From positions 720 through 64,719 of the forward strand of contig CAVQWA010000009.1 of NCBI GenBank assembly GCA_963717315.1: DNA of 64,000 bases. Direction: 5' to 3'. This stretch comes from an uncultured Gemmatimonadales bacterium. Lineage in GTDB: Bacteria; Gemmatimonadota; Gemmatimonadetes; Gemmatimonadales; GWC2-71-9. The notes below the pieces were generated by a model. It was not told where the DNA came from and did not search any database. It saw nothing but the letters and a program-made list of their open reading frames with translations. Below, piece by piece: positions 63,546 through 64,000 of this stretch (the stretch's first letter is position 1; every line of letters begins with the position of its first letter). A program made the position numbers and the translations under genes.

Positions 63546-64000
63546 GTGACCAACAACAGCCTGACCGTCACCGACAACCGCACCGGCAAGGCCTACGAGC
63601 TGCCGATCACCGACGGCACCATCCGCGCGATGGACCTCCGGCAGATCCGGACCGACGCCGAAGACTTCGGCCTCATGGCCTACGACCCGGCGTTCATGAA
63701 CACCGCCGCGTGCCGGAGCGCCATCACCTACATCGACGGCGACCGCGGCATCCTCCGCTACCGGGGGTACCCGATCGAGCAGCTGGCCGAGCAGGCGAGC
63801 TTCCTCGAGGTGGCGTACCTGCTGGGGGAGGGGGAGCTTCCCACCCAGGAGCAGCTGGACACGTGGGTGCACGACATCACCTACCACACCTACGTCCACA
63901 AGAACATCATCAAGTTCCTCGAGGGCTACCGCTACGACGCGCATCCCATGGGGATGCTGCTCGGGGCGGTGGGCGCGCTCTCGACCTTCTACCCCGATGC
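63546..64000 (+). CDS. gltA: Citrate synthase (type II), 5' part only; runs off the right edge
   Basis: From GTG 63546 the sequence reads VTNNSLTVTDNRTGKAYELPITDGTIRAMDLRQI...ITYIDGDRGILRYRGYPIEQLAEQASFLEVAYLL. It is absent from the ORF track because no stop occurs in the window. Confidence 0.9.
   Translation, partial: MTNNSLTVTDNRTGKAYELPITDGTIRAMDLRQIRTDAEDFGLMAYDPAFMNTAACRSAITYIDGDRGILRYRGYPIEQLAEQASFLEVAYLLGEGELPTQEQLDTWVHDITYHTYVHKNIIKFLEGYRYDAHPMGMLLGAVGALSTFYPD

Overview
Very GC-rich bacterial chromosomal window (codon third positions are almost all G/C; no value computed). Every strand carries long 'shadow' ORFs, so calls rest on recognisable protein motifs, signal peptides, start/stop coupling and RNA structure, not ORF length. 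ACIII, a PEP-CTERM protein, TonB/ExbBD clusters and CsoR/CopA suggest a Gemmatimonadota- or Acidobacteriota-like organism; this is inference only.

Gene order, left to right:
- A truncated RND-permease fragment abuts an N-terminally truncated GH3 hexosaminidase.
- Amino-sugar salvage genes: beta-lactamase-fold hydrolase, IscA-type protein, SSS transporter, GlcNAc-kinase-like ATPase.
- APC permease.
- tonB-exbD-exbD-exbB-tonB cluster.
- A four-gene signalling operon (NTF2-like lipoprotein, PAS kinase, OmpR regulator, HAMP kinase).
- GDE_C-type glycosidase, Fe/Mn SOD, a polytopic membrane protein and a PEP-CTERM protein.
- A translationally coupled copper operon: cupredoxin-like protein, copA (frame-shifted), csoR, an OM-barrel-like protein and an unknown secreted His-rich protein.
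- Three tandem ~2.93 kb copies of a ~965 aa subtilase-like lipoprotein gene next to tRNA-Ala(TGC).
- A predicted ceramide/sphingolipid operon: Spt-like, GNAT, SDR, PAP2.
- Plastocyanin-like lipoprotein, a Cys-rich protein, and an ECF sigma/anti-sigma pair.
- A complete alternative complex III operon, actABCDEF.
- SpoU methyltransferase, extended PilT-like ATPase, GNAT, HIBADH-like dehydrogenase, ferritin.
- ABC permease and ATPase followed by dinB.
- TetR and a long acyl-CoA dehydrogenase, queF, a lipoprotein, an ADP-ribosylglycohydrolase, and the 5' part of citrate synthase.

Most unusual region: the tandem subtilase array at 26.1-34.9 kb.
- The copies have a patchwork relationship to one another.
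- The duplication junction lies inside the ORF.
- The catalytic Asp position aligns with Glu.
- Single-base frame disruptions are present.
- tRNA-Ala sits on one side and a decayed tRNA 3' half on the other.

Second: the Spt-GNAT-SDR-PAP2 operon.
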